DNA of 64,000 bases from Veleropilina oligotropha (Eukaryota). This document shows positions 52,001-64,000 of the stretch, in pieces. The position numbers were made by a program, and so were the translations under genes. Where the stretch lies: assembly GCA_048128005.1 (NCBI GenBank), contig JBEUKZ010000123.1, positions 186,001 through 250,000 of the forward strand. Direction: 5' to 3'. How positions within the stretch are numbered: position 1 is the stretch's first letter; each line of letters opens with the position of its first letter. The notes under the pieces are model-generated. The model ran no database searches. It was not told the DNA's origin and was given only the letters and a program-made list of their open reading frames with translations.

Positions 52001-53566
52001 AAATATATACATATTATCAGGTCATTGACTTCACAGATAGAGTTCAATTCTTGGACAATTAAAATATAATAGCAGCAAATATACGATAATTGGCCACACA
52101 TGAGGTACAATAGCTCTAAGACATGTGAGCGGCATCCGTGGTTAAGTGGTTAGCGCATCGGATGATATATTCTGCCGCTATGTCAGTTTTGAGAACAACA
52201 TAGCTGTGTTTAGATCATGTATTAATATCATATTATCATTATATTATGACATAGCATGACACTCTCAATTAACTTCAGTGTGTGTATCAGATTACTCGTT
52301 TGCTGATCAATGTGACAGTATCAAGATATAAAGGATAAGATGGTGTTAATATAAAATTTATTATTTGTTTGTATATATTATTGACTAATTGTAAATAGAG
52401 GATCTCATATGAGTGGTAATGTAATATCACATTTATGAAACGAATTTTCATATTTTCCGAGGCTTGCTGAGTTTCATAAATGTGATATTACATTATCACG
52501 AGTATGAGGTTCTATTTATCACATATCGATCTTTGGTAAGAAACAAACTACAAACTCACGAAATTGCCTTACCGTTACGAAAGAATCAGCAGTAGAGTGA
52601 AGGCGACATTATGGTGTAGTGATATGTAAACAGTTTAATGCAAAAGGACATGGTGTTGACTCATTACATAAATTAGTAACAATGCCCTCTAAAAAGAGTG
52701 CGAGAGTAGTTCATTAATTGACATTAATAACTAACAAATATTCTTTGAAAATGAACAGATATAACTTTATATAAACTATATGAACATATTAGAATAACAA
52801 TTTTCATTACGATTTAAAACAATCTGCCAAAAAAATAACGCGGGATATATATGACTGTGTCGCCGACCGGTTAGAATCTGTCATTTGACGTCTGCTATCG
52901 TGGCCTACGTACCTGCATAAATGTGATTGTTGCGTATGCAATCTCGTTACCTCGAAATCAGTTCCAATCATCTCTACCATATTGTTGTTTGTGGCTGTTG
53001 CTATAAATGTTTCCATTATCGTCGCCATAATATCAACATTAAAAATATTGACGGCAATCACGTTATGACATTATAGTAAATATATAATACGTAGTACAAA
53101 AAGTAGTGCGCTCGACCTTTAGTGACACACATTTCCATAGGCTGTTCGAATTTGATTCATTAAATCATCCAATCGCATTTCAATATGGCTGTTGACGCAC
53201 TGTATTACGACAAATAATACACAGTGTTGCACTATGGGGAAATGACCTAGATATGTGATAAATTAAATTATTGAGTCGATCTAGTTACTTAATATTTAAT
53301 TAAGCAATGCCTATGTGTTAATTATTTAAATACATAGTACTACAATACTACACAACACATACTTGATGACGCATTTGCAGTCCATCTGCACCTCATCAAC
53401 ATTGTTAGTTATGCAAGTCGATCTGCCATCTGGGTTAGCCGTGCATGATTTGGCGAATAACTTGCTTTGTATAAATAATTGCACCTTTATCTTGATGCTG
53501 GTTACTCTATATGGACAAAAAATTCTTACCGGTACTTATCTTTCCTGAAAACTCAGTTGCTGCCAT
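37027..53566 (-). CDS. PTER: Phosphotriesterase-related protein (amidohydrolase fold), 8 coding exons, 351 aa: 53530-53566, 48535-48697, 48055-48127, 47231-47342, 46403-46558, 44438-44602, 40178-40392, 37027-37161
   Basis: All introns are GT-AG with consistent phases; total 1056 nt. Translation [15 protein letters not shown]...THTHEHL...GGCTIVEN...CGVIGEIG...IIHPGR...MSHLDR...EYDLFG...AHDIH...GGHGYSHI...NPRTWLTFK* carries the PTE-family metal-binding motifs. Confidence 0.93.
37503..38262. mobile_element. HINE-like element in the last PTER intron, ~145 bp tandem repeats
   Basis: About five repeats of TTTCACTGTAGAG...AAAATGGC; terminal hairpin tatccccgaaat-gttaa-atttcggggata (~38228-38256). 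Confidence 0.75.
40832..43020 (-). mobile_element. HINE-like element with ~435-440 bp tandem repeats (about 4.5 copies)
   Basis: Left: small hairpin plus AACCCCAGC (~40857). Right: (CCGC/CCGT)n microsatellite, then AACCCCAGCTT-tttt-AAGCTGGGGTT. Repeat markers at ~41054, 41495, 41937, 42372, 42807. Confidence 0.75.
43021..43572. repeat. ~155-160 bp tandem repeat, about 3.5 copies
   Basis: AAAAGGGGGATAACTGTGCAA at ~43039, 43199, 43358, 43511. Confidence 0.9.
43930..44165 (-). mobile_element. Degenerate tRNA-derived SINE
   Basis: Minus strand begins gccatcgTGGCTCAGTGG (A-box-like), followed by cttgagcaag...aaatgggtacc, resembling central domains of metazoan SINEs. Confidence 0.55.
44873..45605. 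mobile_element. MITE, Tc1/mariner-pogo-like
   Basis: TIRs CCATATTCGACCTATTTAG / CTAAATAGGTTGAATATGG, flanked by TA on both sides. Confidence 0.8.
46828..47160 (+). mobile_element. Short HINE-like element
   Basis: 5' ATATGCCCCC..GGGGGCATAT hairpin, GTCT/GTCG microsatellite, 3' GGGGGATAT subTIR, then ATCAC-ttct-GTGAT stem-loop. Confidence 0.75.
48735..51352 (-). mobile_element. Solitary complete HINE-like element related to the array family, in PTER intron 1
   Basis: Head TTAAAGCTGCGAGCAGCTGTGAGGGCTTCAA; tail AGGGCTTCAAGC-TTGAAAGA-GCTTGAAGCCCT. 48735-49456 matches 26936-27625; 50820-51015 matches an array module. Confidence 0.85.
49860..50755. repeat. 298 bp tandem repeat, about 3 copies, inside the solitary element
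   Basis: ORFs at 49984 and 50282 are offset by 298 and nearly identical. Confidence 0.92.
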
Positions 53567-53830
53567 GTTATTGGAGTTTTAGGGCCTGTGAGAATCCGAT
53601 TTTATGCAATCTTCCTAGATCCCAAGGGCTTCTTGTTAACTTTTCCGAGTATTGCCGATGTTCGCCGAGTGGCACCGTTGTTGTCTTCGCCACGATACAA
53701 GTACAGAAGTAGTCAACACTTCAATCCAAATACACCTTTCATAATCGCGAGACAGTAAGGAAGAACATTGGGAGGTCGTGGAACACTCGTGTGTCGGATG
53801 AGAATGTGATGACTATCAAGGTAAATAGGT
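53567..53830. promoter_or_regulatory. Candidate promoter/5' UTR region, possibly shared by PTER and the GLUT gene
   Basis: Locally CpG-richer and immediately upstream of the PTER ATG. TCGCGAGA at ~53745; plus-strand donor-like sites (aag/gtaaat at 53820). Confidence 0.35.
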
Positions 53831-54105
53831 TCATATATGTAAACATTCAAATATTGTCCCAGCTGCATACCTGAAAAGGGTAGATAACTGGTGTTGAAAA
53901 ACCCCTGAAATATGCATATGATCACAAATGTCAAGACGGTGAACTTAGCTCTTACTAAATATGATATCCAATGGTTATATATTGCCGATTGAGGGGTGGA
54001 TGCCTGTATTTTGATATTAATATACCAGATTCTGACAATTAATGAATTTAGGAAAGTGAACTTTATTTGAAGTAAAGACTAAAGTTATGTCCCTAAATTC
54101 AGACT

Positions 54106-54727
54106 CAGAGATGCCAACCTCTAGTCTAAGTGTTGAAAAGAGTGAGACGGGTGGAAACACGAACGGCCCCCCCCCCGGAATTTTTTTAAGTATACATGGT
54201 CTCAGATGCGTTTTCCTGCATTCTGAGCTATATATTGAGTACTTTCATTGGTTCAAAACTTGACTGTTTTGAACAGAAATTATTTCTAAAATTACAAATT
54301 TTATAATATTTCAGTACAATTTAAATATTGAAAATTGTCAAATAAAGAACACGTTTTCAAAAGGCAATAAATTGTTTATTACATGTAGTATCAGAACATT
54401 TTCCGAATCCTGCCGAAATGTTCCTGGAAACTTACGGAAAGTCACGATGTGGTCTCGACGAACGTTCACATTTGTAGGCCTATATCCGGTGTTGTATGAC
54501 CGATATGGATAGCGGCTAGTCTCAGCACATCGACGCGTGCATCTACGAATCATTTGGATACGATGCGGTGTACTTTTGTGGCGATATAAAGAGGACAGCA
54601 TGATAAAACAATATCAGAACATGTTTATTATGCAAAACCGTGAGACTGAGCAGTCAAAGCGTGAGAACGTGAGTTCTGGGCTGAATGCGTGAGTCTCACT
54701 CAGAATGCGTGAGAGTTGGCATGTCTG
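54106..54727. mobile_element. MITE with CAG...CTG termini
   Basis: TIRs CAGAGATGCCAAC / GTTGGCATGTCTG; CTAAATT near both flanks. Confidence 0.7.
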
Positions 54728-55431
54728 CTAAATTTGGTAACTTTGTTGAATGCATTACTGGTATACATTTGGATTTGCAGATTTGATGAAATTGAATCTG
54801 TTAAATTAAGATATACATTTACTCCATAAACATATATGACAGTGCATTACATGAAACTTGTATGTTTGTTACAATATATGACTATTCGATTAAATACCAG
54901 TAACAAAACTGAAATTGATACCGGTATTATCATATGACATGGATTTTTCTTCAGTTGGTTGTTACCTACCTACCTACCTTAATATTTATGAGCATGTAAC
55001 AGGAACCAAAGATTTTTTTTGGCCTAAGCACGGTGCATTGTATACGTACCTTAAAACTTTTAACCATTGTTAACGCCTCGTGGTTCAACGTCGTGCAGTA
55101 ATCAATGCACCGTGTTTATCGCAACTACACTCGACAACTTATATTAAAATTTCCAATGAGAGCATAAATCTTTGTAGTCTTTGTTGTTCAGTATAATTGT
55201 ACATCATAATATTGTATTTTTAAAGGACTTGAATTCTTGTGTACATTGTGTGCAAGTTCACTGTTGCGAATCTTTTTGCCTGGAGTATTTAAAATCATTT
55301 AATTACGATTCAAAAAGATATAAAACATGAATTTTGCAATGCCATGTGTACCTTTAACATTTCACGTTTCAGATATAATGCCGTGAGTTCATTACCATAT
55401 TTCCAGCATTGCTGCACAGATGGACCAGTAA

Positions 55432-58400
55432 ATGATCAGCATGTGGGAGGAGGAATCTGATGAAGGTATGTGGAGATAACTCTTACATACTTTCAGTCTG
55501 TGGTTGCAACATAAGAATATACATGTGTGTTCTTTTCTCCCCTGTGCGGTCTTGGCACACTCTGAAATCACTGGCTCGTTTTCGCTAACCAACAGGAATG
55601 GGTTTGAATCTCGGCTGTGGCATTGCCATTCTTTGTTCAGCAGGGTTCGTACGGGTCATGGAAAACTGGAAAAGTCAAGGAATTTCATATTTAAAAATCC
55701 AGGCCTGGAAAACCTGGAAAATGCCTACTTATTATACATGGTCAAGGAAAATGACATTGTAGAAACTCTGTAGTAAGGATAGTAAATGAATTGTGTTGTT
55801 TGTTTTTCATACCTTTTTTTACGTAATTGTAATTAACTGTGTCATAAATTTGCAATTTCCTTCCTGTTTCGCTATTTCTGTACATTCCTCGTTGACATTA
55901 ATGATAAATGATAAATTTTCGTATACGATTTATCTTGACATGTGCAGATTGACTAAGTCTTGACCATCATGGAAATTTTGAAATAGTCATGGAAAAGTCA
56001 TTGAATAGTCATGAAATTTTGGACAAGATCATGTTTACGAACCCTGTGTTCAGTTAACAATCGCAGTTGTCCGGAGTGGGCAGATTTTCCTGGCTGACCG
56101 GGCTTTCCTCCCACGATAATGTGAACATGCCCTGCCTGGAACCTGATGATCGTAAAGATACAGAAAAAGAATCAATCCATCCATGTGTGGTCGTCATGGA
56201 TGAGTGAGTTAAAGTTTGGGTGAAATTCACTCATCCTTATTGCAATAGCTTCGCAGGTGCCAGTTCGAATCAGCTGTTTGTGGAATTAACAGTCACGGTG
56301 GTCTAAAACTGACCATGGCTGTCAGATTTTTGCTGGCGATCTGGTTTTCCTTCCACGATAATATGATAATGATTGAAGTTAAATTGGACATTAAACATCG
56401 ATCCAAAAGAAAACTATTAGTTCTGGTTTGTAGAAGACTTCTCTAAAATGGAATAAGTGAACTGTAGTTGGTAGTGATTGTAATATGGAGCATTCTAATA
56501 TTTAAGATGACCATCAAATATCGACAATCGACTTTCACTGAGTCTGATGTAATGTGGATAACCATTATCACTACTTATTAATAATTGTAAAGTATATTTA
56601 ATGTTTCAGCTTTCATGTACAATAAAATGCAATTTTAAGAACTATGTAGATTTCATACTTTCATTTTGTGGTTCATCCATGATTTTGTGACATGAAATAA
56701 GACAAAATAAAATAACTGTGATTTCAAGGAACTGCCAGCTCTTCTTAACGCATGCAAAGTAAAAGTCATTTTAGAAATGATTGAGGTTTTCTGTTTTCTG
56801 AGTTTTGCAATTTCCTATGTTGTAATCATGCAAAAGCACGAAAACGTCTGACATGTGCAAAAAAGATGTATTTTCAACTAAATTATTGAAAAAATAGACC
56901 AATATGAATGGAAGCAACCTGTATAGTGTATACGTAAGAAAGATGACATCATATATCCAGGGGTCTGCCCAGAAAATCATGAGTGCCGGGTGGTAAAATA
57001 GTAGTGCCGGGTGGTAAATGAAAATGAGTAAAATGTACACCTAAGTAGAAAATATGCTTGGAATATTTAAATCTATAACAATACATTTGGCATCTTTTGT
57101 TACATTTGCTCTATTAAAATGTCCAAATTCAATGTAAATGCAATAAAAAAAAATTAAAAAAATTGTAGGTGGGCGGCAGGTCTCGAGTGCCGGGCGGCGA
57201 GTCATGAGTGCCGGGTACATGCGCCCACCGCCACCCACTGTGGGCAGAACCCTGTATATCTCTGCATATGGTCAGACAAGCCATTTGTAACATCATTACT
57301 CTCAATTTGACATATCATCACAGCATGTTTGTGGTCACAATAATTTATTATAAAACGGAATAAACTGTCTAATGGTATTATTTATCTAAGTCCTGATATG
57401 ATTTAATAAGAAATAATTATCGTTTTCATTTCCCGAAATCCATGACATTTGATTGGTCTAAATGGCGTTGCAAAGAGATTGATAAATGTCACGGTTGACA
57501 TCAACTTGTTAAACTGCTCATCATCTGCTACAAGATGAGTATTTCTTGTTTGTGAATGTAAATAATCAGATATTTTATGGCAATGATTTTAGGATCAGGT
57601 CATTTTTATGCATATTTTATAGGACATCATCAGGTGTAATGAAACTATTCCAAATTTTTTTAATATTCATGTTATTTTGCAAGTTACAATTGACATTGTG
57701 TATCTGTTAATCATAATTATTAGAAAGCATAAAGTAATTTTAAAAAATTACTATTTAAAATGTTATCCTACATTGTGTCATTTGCTACAGACATGTATAT
57801 ATATCCTGTTCGCTTTGAAAATACTGCATTTATCTTCGTTTCGTATAATATTTTCAAAGCTCACCGGATAAACGTGCGTATCAGAGTCACCACCGCAGGA
57901 TAACTTTAATTACAACAAATTGAATGAAAAATAGAAGGTTTGCCCATATTCAGTCATGTAAGTCAAATCTGATAAAATTTCAGCGAACATGTAGTTATTG
58001 TTAGAAAATATACCGGATAAGCTGATAAGTCAATACCATAAACTTGCCAGACCAAGTATTTGCCCAGCCTTGGCTGTAGCTATTCATTTTAAATGTGAAA
58101 AGATCTTATCAGACGGCTACCATATGATCAGTAATTTATCACACACGCAATTGGAAAATTTTCTTTGGCAATCAAATTTATATTTATTGCAAAGCAATAT
58201 CTTCATTCAATTTACAGCAGATATTTTAATTAAGTTTCCAGGTATACATATACACAAATCAATAAAATATTAAATGAAATGCTCGTGATATCGTGGCAGT
58301 ATTATGACCCTATTGACGAACATTTAAATGTAGAAATGTGACCAATTCATTGGAGCATTTATCAATATTGTTGCTTGCAATGACATATTGTATTGTCGAA

Positions 58401-61400
58401 CACGACATGTTAACAGATAACGTAATAACTCATCTATTTTAACATGGCAGAAAAACTATGAACATTGTTTAGGGGTTTTCATATATATCACCATACCTAG
58501 ATGATGACATGGAGTCTTTTGATAATTTTCATCACAGAAGAGGGTTCTACTCCTCAACTCAGAGATTTTGTGGAGTTAACAGTTTCAGTTGTCGATAACT
58601 GGGTGTGTTTCACCAGATGTTACATCCAGACTTGCCTCCAATGATAATATTTAAGGATATGACTCAATATTACCACATATGATAAAATGTCACCAAAACA
58701 AATTTCACTTGCTTGACTGCTCTGTCAGTCATGAATGCCTTCGACTCATGGTTGGCGCATTCTTTGTTCATTTACCTGTCACAGTTATCCATAACTGACC
58801 GGAGAGGGTGGATTTTGTCAGGCGACCAGGTTATTCATCTCCGATAATATGGACATGTCCTAGTATGAACCAGAAGGTTGTACATAAAAAACAGGACATT
58901 AAGGATCGATTCAAATCCAAATATTGCCAGGGGTGGCCTTTGGACATGATCCGAGAAAGGTGACTGACATTGTGTCCTCGGGGCTGCCCTTGGAAGTGTT
59001 TGAAGATGGGTGACCTGTACCTATTTTGGTGCACATGTGCAAAGTTCGAAGATATATGACCTTGACCTATTTTTCAAGGTCACACGTATTTGTAATTTAT
59101 AGCGTAAATGGGGCATTTGTGATGATTGTCTATAATTAATTATAAAATGCAACTTTGCAATCATATCGTCTTTCATTGGAAATACTAACATGACAATTTG
59201 CACAACTTAATCAAACTCATGCAGACACAGCACTTGATAAGTTGATAGTGTGTATAGGCAGCTGAGCAAGCAATCAATTGCAAACAGCTGGATTTGAGTC
59301 ATAAATATCATAAGCGGAGCATTAGCCTATTAAGCGGTAAGAGAACACCTTCTCTTTGCTCTAACTATAGCATTTCCTTGCTACTACGTGCAGGCCTACA
59401 CACAGGGCATAGTGCTTTGTTGATCTAACATTATTTTGGAGCCCTAGCTTTCAATGCAAGTTTTCTATGACTTGACTGTCTGCTCAATAAAATTAATGTT
59501 CTTTTGGCATCCATTGACTGCTCCTTGGCATATGTAGATAGCGCAGTTGTAGGAACAAATGACTTTATCTACTTGTCTACTTTATTTGTCTAGTAAGATT
59601 CCAAATGAGATATATCACTTTGTTTATTAGAAAATGATAATATACAGTGGATCAATATACAGTACTAGATAATGTGATACAGCTAGGAAGTTCGAAGACT
59701 GTGACTGGCATGGATATATTTGCGATGATATCGTGTTCTATATGGATTTTACATTGAATAATATACAAAAAGGACTAATTATCAAACAATAATTCATGAC
59801 AACAACAAGCGCTGACGTCTTGGCCCAGAATGAATTCTGACTCCTGGGAGAGCGACTCGGACGTTTATATACATCCCAAATTTGCAGAATACGGTAGGCA
59901 ATATAACTTGTTGATATTCTTAGTTTAGTGTTATATTCAATCAATTTTTATCCCCCGCCCGAAGGTAGCGGGGGATATTGTTGTTGCCATGACTGTACGT
60001 CCGTCCATACGTCCGTAAACAATTTGGTTAAAGTTTCGAATTGAGTGTATATATATATATATACCTTGACCATGATACTTTTTGGCATTGAGCACGCATC
60101 TCGTATGTGTGGGAAAGCGCAGATAAATCTTCAGATTATTATTATTATTATATATATGCTTTTGTAGGCATTATATGGATTATACCTGGTACTCTGGAAG
60201 TGAGATTGAATAAAATTTAATATAATTATTGCATAAATGTGGGTGTTTTTTTAAAAGATAGAAATTTTGGTTAAAGTTTCTGGTTAAAGTTTTTCATTGA
60301 GTGTAAGTTTTGTTGAAACAACATTTTTGTGTATATATGCTTTGGTATTGATAATATGAATGTCAACTGATACTATGGAAGTGATGCTGAATTAAATTTA
60401 GTAGAATTATTGCATAAATATATGTGTTTGTGGACATCAAAATTTTGGTTAAAGTTTTGTTTAGATTTTTCAATGAGCATATTGGTTGTTCTAGGCACTG
60501 TTTTACATCAATATACTTTAGTGTTGACTATATTGATGCCGGTCCCTCATCTGCTAGTGATTTATAATATAAATAACATGTGAAATTAGTGTTTGTGGAC
60601 AGACATTTTTGGTAAAGTTGAGTTAATTTTCATTCTGTTCCAGTACATATTCTTTGTGGATGCTTATATTGATACCACCTTTTACTCGAGCAATGATATT
60701 GAATATTATTTTGTATAAATATTGTGTTTAGACGTATAAATTTTGGTTAAAGTTTTTATCAGAGTGATTGCGGAAGGTGAGGGATGAATCCATTTTCTAA
60801 CGGGCTCTTGTGTTATTTGTAATTTGACTGAGATAGAAAAAGCATGCATAGGCTTGGAAGGTAGAGTTGTGTAGAATGAAGTTATAATAGCTATGATATA
60901 TTTGTGTAGTTTTAATGTTAATGACTTATAATAACAATGATATGTAGAACTGTCAGTGTGTATTTTAGCTGTATTGCTGGCATGGGTTGTAGAACTGCTT
61001 CAATAAAATAAATCATAAATGGGATTATGCAATGTATTTCTCTGGCACACAAACTTATGTCACTGGAAGAATGTGAAGGTTTTATAATCACACAAATGTA
61101 TACAATATACTTTAAAACACTTTATAATACATGTACTAGTTTATTGAAATGCACACCAATATTTTTGTTCGACCCCATGATGTCTCTGTTAAGTGTTGGA
61201 TCACAGAAGCAGAGGCATTAGTTCGATCCCATTGTGTTCCACGAATTTTCCTTATGCACACAGCTTCCATTTACATTTTCAATATTTTTTGACTCAACAT
61301 AAGGCTTACAAAAATTGTTGCTGGAACCGTGAAATATTATTTCAGCCATGTATCCTTTGATGACTTTCTGAAGCCTCATAACGATACAATTTGTCTCCAC

Positions 61401-63705
61401 TTCAATTTGACAAGCGCATAATTAATAAGTTAATATGTAACTGTTGCATGTGCTAAGGTAGCTATAGTACAGCATGAGACACCTGCGAACAGTAAATTGT
61501 AATTAAGCATTACAGTACTCCAGATGCTTTTAACTTTTATCATGTACATAATTGATTTTTATCTCCATGTGCAAATGCATTCAAGTATTTTTATGATGTC
61601 AATTTGAATATGGATTTTCAATGTCATCTGCATTTTATCAGTAATAGAGATGCATGGCTGTGGGCAGGGTTTGCCTATCATAGATCAAATTGAATGTACA
61701 CAGTATATTCCTGTCAGGATTGTGAAATTATGCTAAAAAATGTGTAAGTATATAAAGATACTACTGTAATATTATACGATGTCAATATTGATGTCTTAAG
61801 AAGGATTGCGGCTGTTAACGCTTCGATTCTCATATTATAGACCACTGCTATCCTGTAGTTGTCATGTCACATGCATGCATTTAGTATTATAAGTAATGTA
61901 TAATAAGTCCACCTGTTATTCTAGACCGAACATCAGATTCCTTTTCTTGCACTAGTTTCTCATTACTTTTGGTAACAGATGCTCAATGATACATATTAAT
62001 ATTAATATAACGTAGTCTTCGGCCATTATCCTGTTCTTTCTCTTGTTGCTCATGAGATAAAATACACAAATATTTGATGTTAGTATGCGTAGCATAATTT
62101 GAAATGAGGTGAATATTATTGGTTTTAAATTGGCAAAATGCCAAGTGTTGTCGGCCCTTTTAATTCCACATTTAATATCTTTTGGGGAGAGACTTTTTGC
62201 GAGGAGAGACTGGTAGTGTGTTCTATGGAGATTGTCAACATTCAATTCCCGTTCCGTTTTATCAACATTTAGTATGAATATTATAACTATATTATTTTTA
62301 CCTGCTTTGTAACTGAATACGTGCTGCCTTTGGCGATAAACGTTATTCATGAATTTCAAAGGCTTTGAATATATTAACAATTAAGCTAGGGTGTCTGAAC
62401 ATTAATGTCTATTTATTGTGAATTTATTAATTGAAAATAATTTGACATGTTGTGTGCAATGGCTGGATAGCATAATCATTGTTTGTGTAGCAACATCTTT
62501 GTGTTGTTGTTGGAACCCCCTATTAAAGGTCTTTATGTGGTGAGATCAACATAAATTCCTGTGTTTGTCTCTATTCTTTTATACCTTTCTTGCAGTTGGA
62601 TTGCTCAACAACAACACGTCCAGTGCTATATTGACAGACCAGCCAGTCTCCTTAGCTGAGCTGAATCATAATAACTCTTTCTCAGAACGAGGCTTGTCAG
62701 ACAATGTTCAAGATGGCAGCCAGACTGAGAACGGACAATGTAGGCCCACATTGTATGTGGTTATGGCGGCCATCATGGCCTCGATGGGTGGCCTGTTGTT
62801 CGGCTATGATATTGGTGAGTTCAATGCAAATATTCCCAAAAATTTACAAGTGGTTTCATCATTAATTTTAGTATCATTGATTTGTGTTTAATTCATGTCG
62901 GTGCAGTTACCGATAATGTTTGTTTGCTGTAGCCAGATTCCAATTAATATTCACTTATTCGCTTAATGATGACGAGAAAGCTGTTCATATCATATTTCGT
63001 TATATAATAATTAATATTCATCATGATGCTGATATGGAGAGTTATGCCCCATCTGATGAGATTCATGTTGTTTTCTCAGAAGTGAGATCGAATTAACGAT
63101 AGTGGTCCATAACTGGCCAGTACTGATGGGTGTTCCTGATAAATCACGTTGACTGAAAAATGTTTCACGTATCTTCAGTTGTATGTACATCCTTTGATTT
63201 AACAAGTATATGGTTATATAGATTAGAAAGATGTCAACTTACTCCATTAATCATCACAATGTCCAGATCGTCAGAACTGAAACCAATCTTGTGTAACTTA
63301 TAGTGAATGAAGCCATCCGCCATCCAGATACGGTGAAAGCGAACTTGCTGAACCTTGATGACGGTCCCAAATTGCAACCCATCTTAATTCCTTCTACTCA
63401 CATCTACTATGCAAAAAGATCACACAATGTGTTGACAATTTATTCACTTCGATCAGTATGCAGAATAGTTTTCCACTTGGGTCTATATATATCTTCAATG
63501 GTTTCGAAAAACCTTGTCTCTGTAACCTTACTATGTATGTCATTTTCAGAGATAGATAACAACCTACATCAACTTCTCTTTCTTTCAGGAATAATATCCG
63601 GTGCTGTCCTGCTGCTGAGAGAGCAGTTTCTGCTCAGTTGTTGGCAACAAGCTTTGACCGTATCCTCTCTGCTGATGGGGGGTGTAGTCGGCTCTTTGTT
63701 TGGAG
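55432..63705 (+). CDS. 5' part of a class III facilitative sugar transporter (GLUT10/GLUT12, SLC2A10/SLC2A12-like); exons 55432-55465 (inferred), 62596-62814, 63589-63705; continues beyond the window
   Basis: AAIMASMGGLLFGYDIG/IISGA...VSSLLMGGVVGSLFGG is the sugar-porter TM1-TM2 signature; GT-AG phase-1 introns. The inferred first exon yields MISMWEEESDEVGLLN. SLC2A10 versus SLC2A12 orthology is not resolvable here. Confidence 0.85.
55641..56046. mobile_element. MITE with 7 bp target-site duplication
   Basis: TIR CAGGGTTCGTA / TACGAACCCTG; TGTTCAG directly on both sides. Confidence 0.85.
56190..56365 (+). mobile_element. Degenerate tRNA-derived SINE remnant
   Basis: A-box-like tggatgagtgagttaa, B-box-like GTTCGAATC (~56263). 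Its 3' part (cagatttt..ctggc..tttcc.ccacgataat) recurs at ~56080-56120. Confidence 0.45.
56958..57254. mobile_element. MITE with CAGGG termini
   Basis: TIRs CAGGGGTCTGCCCA / TGGGCAGAACCCTG; TATATC on both flanks; internal AGTGCCGGG repeats. Confidence 0.8.
59946..60812 (+). mobile_element. Older HINE-like element with diverged internal repeats
   Basis: 5' TATCCCCCGC..GCGGGGGATA hairpin, (CGTC)n microsatellite, recurring TTTTGGTTAAAGTTT, degenerate 3' end. Confidence 0.65.
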
Positions 63706-64000
63706 GTAAGGTTGACAGTGTATACAGGCGCGGATCCAGGGGGGGCGCACCCTAAAGTTGGCCAAGCATGCTAAAATAATATGTATAATCTGATACAAAT
63801 GACTTTCAGAACATTATAAATAGGCTGTTGCCATGTAATAATGCAGGAGGGGGGATTTCACATCGTTAATTGTCCAAATTTTCTTGCGCGTGGGGCGCCG
63901 ACCCTACGCGGACAATTCGATTATGACAAAATAAAATTAAAATTTGACTCGTGCTATTTGAGTGACGGTGGTTTATAAAAGTTAGAATGAAATATAGCTT

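Noticed and set aside
52128..52165. tRNA-like 5' sequence (tggttaagtggttagcgcatcgga)
   Set aside because: Only an A-box-like half, with no T-arm or cloverleaf; at most a SINE fragment.
52568..52610. Alternative PTER first exon (ATG...gtaag on minus)
   Set aside because: In-frame TGA; 53530-53566 gives the family-typical GKISTVLG.
61952..62380. 142 aa minus-strand ORF
   Set aside because: AT-rich intronic sequence antisense to the GLUT gene, non-ATG start, no motif.
63725..64000. CAGGCGCGGATCCAGGGGGG, possible MITE end
   Set aside because: No convincing partner TIR within the window.

Overview
This is AT-rich, intron-containing animal (probably invertebrate) genomic DNA, not prokaryotic. 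Bases 1-29822 are a non-coding array of Helentron-type non-autonomous (HINE/DINE-1-like) elements. Their two ends are recognisable, and they appear stacked inside each other's (AAT)n microsatellite and further amplified by kb-scale duplications. The array ends exactly on the (TTA)n 3' tail of a near-full-length CR1/L2-group LINE (about 29823-35480, minus strand; ORF1 with SGNH-esterase and CCHC knuckles, ORF2 APE-RT broken by one frameshift). An 8-exon phosphotriesterase-related gene follows (PTER-like, 351 aa, minus strand, 37027-53566), head-to-head with the 5' part of a class III GLUT sugar transporter gene (SLC2A10/12-like, plus strand, running off the window). The introns hold more HINE-like elements, MITEs, SINE remnants and long hairpins. 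All family assignments come from recognised motifs and structure; no database search was run.
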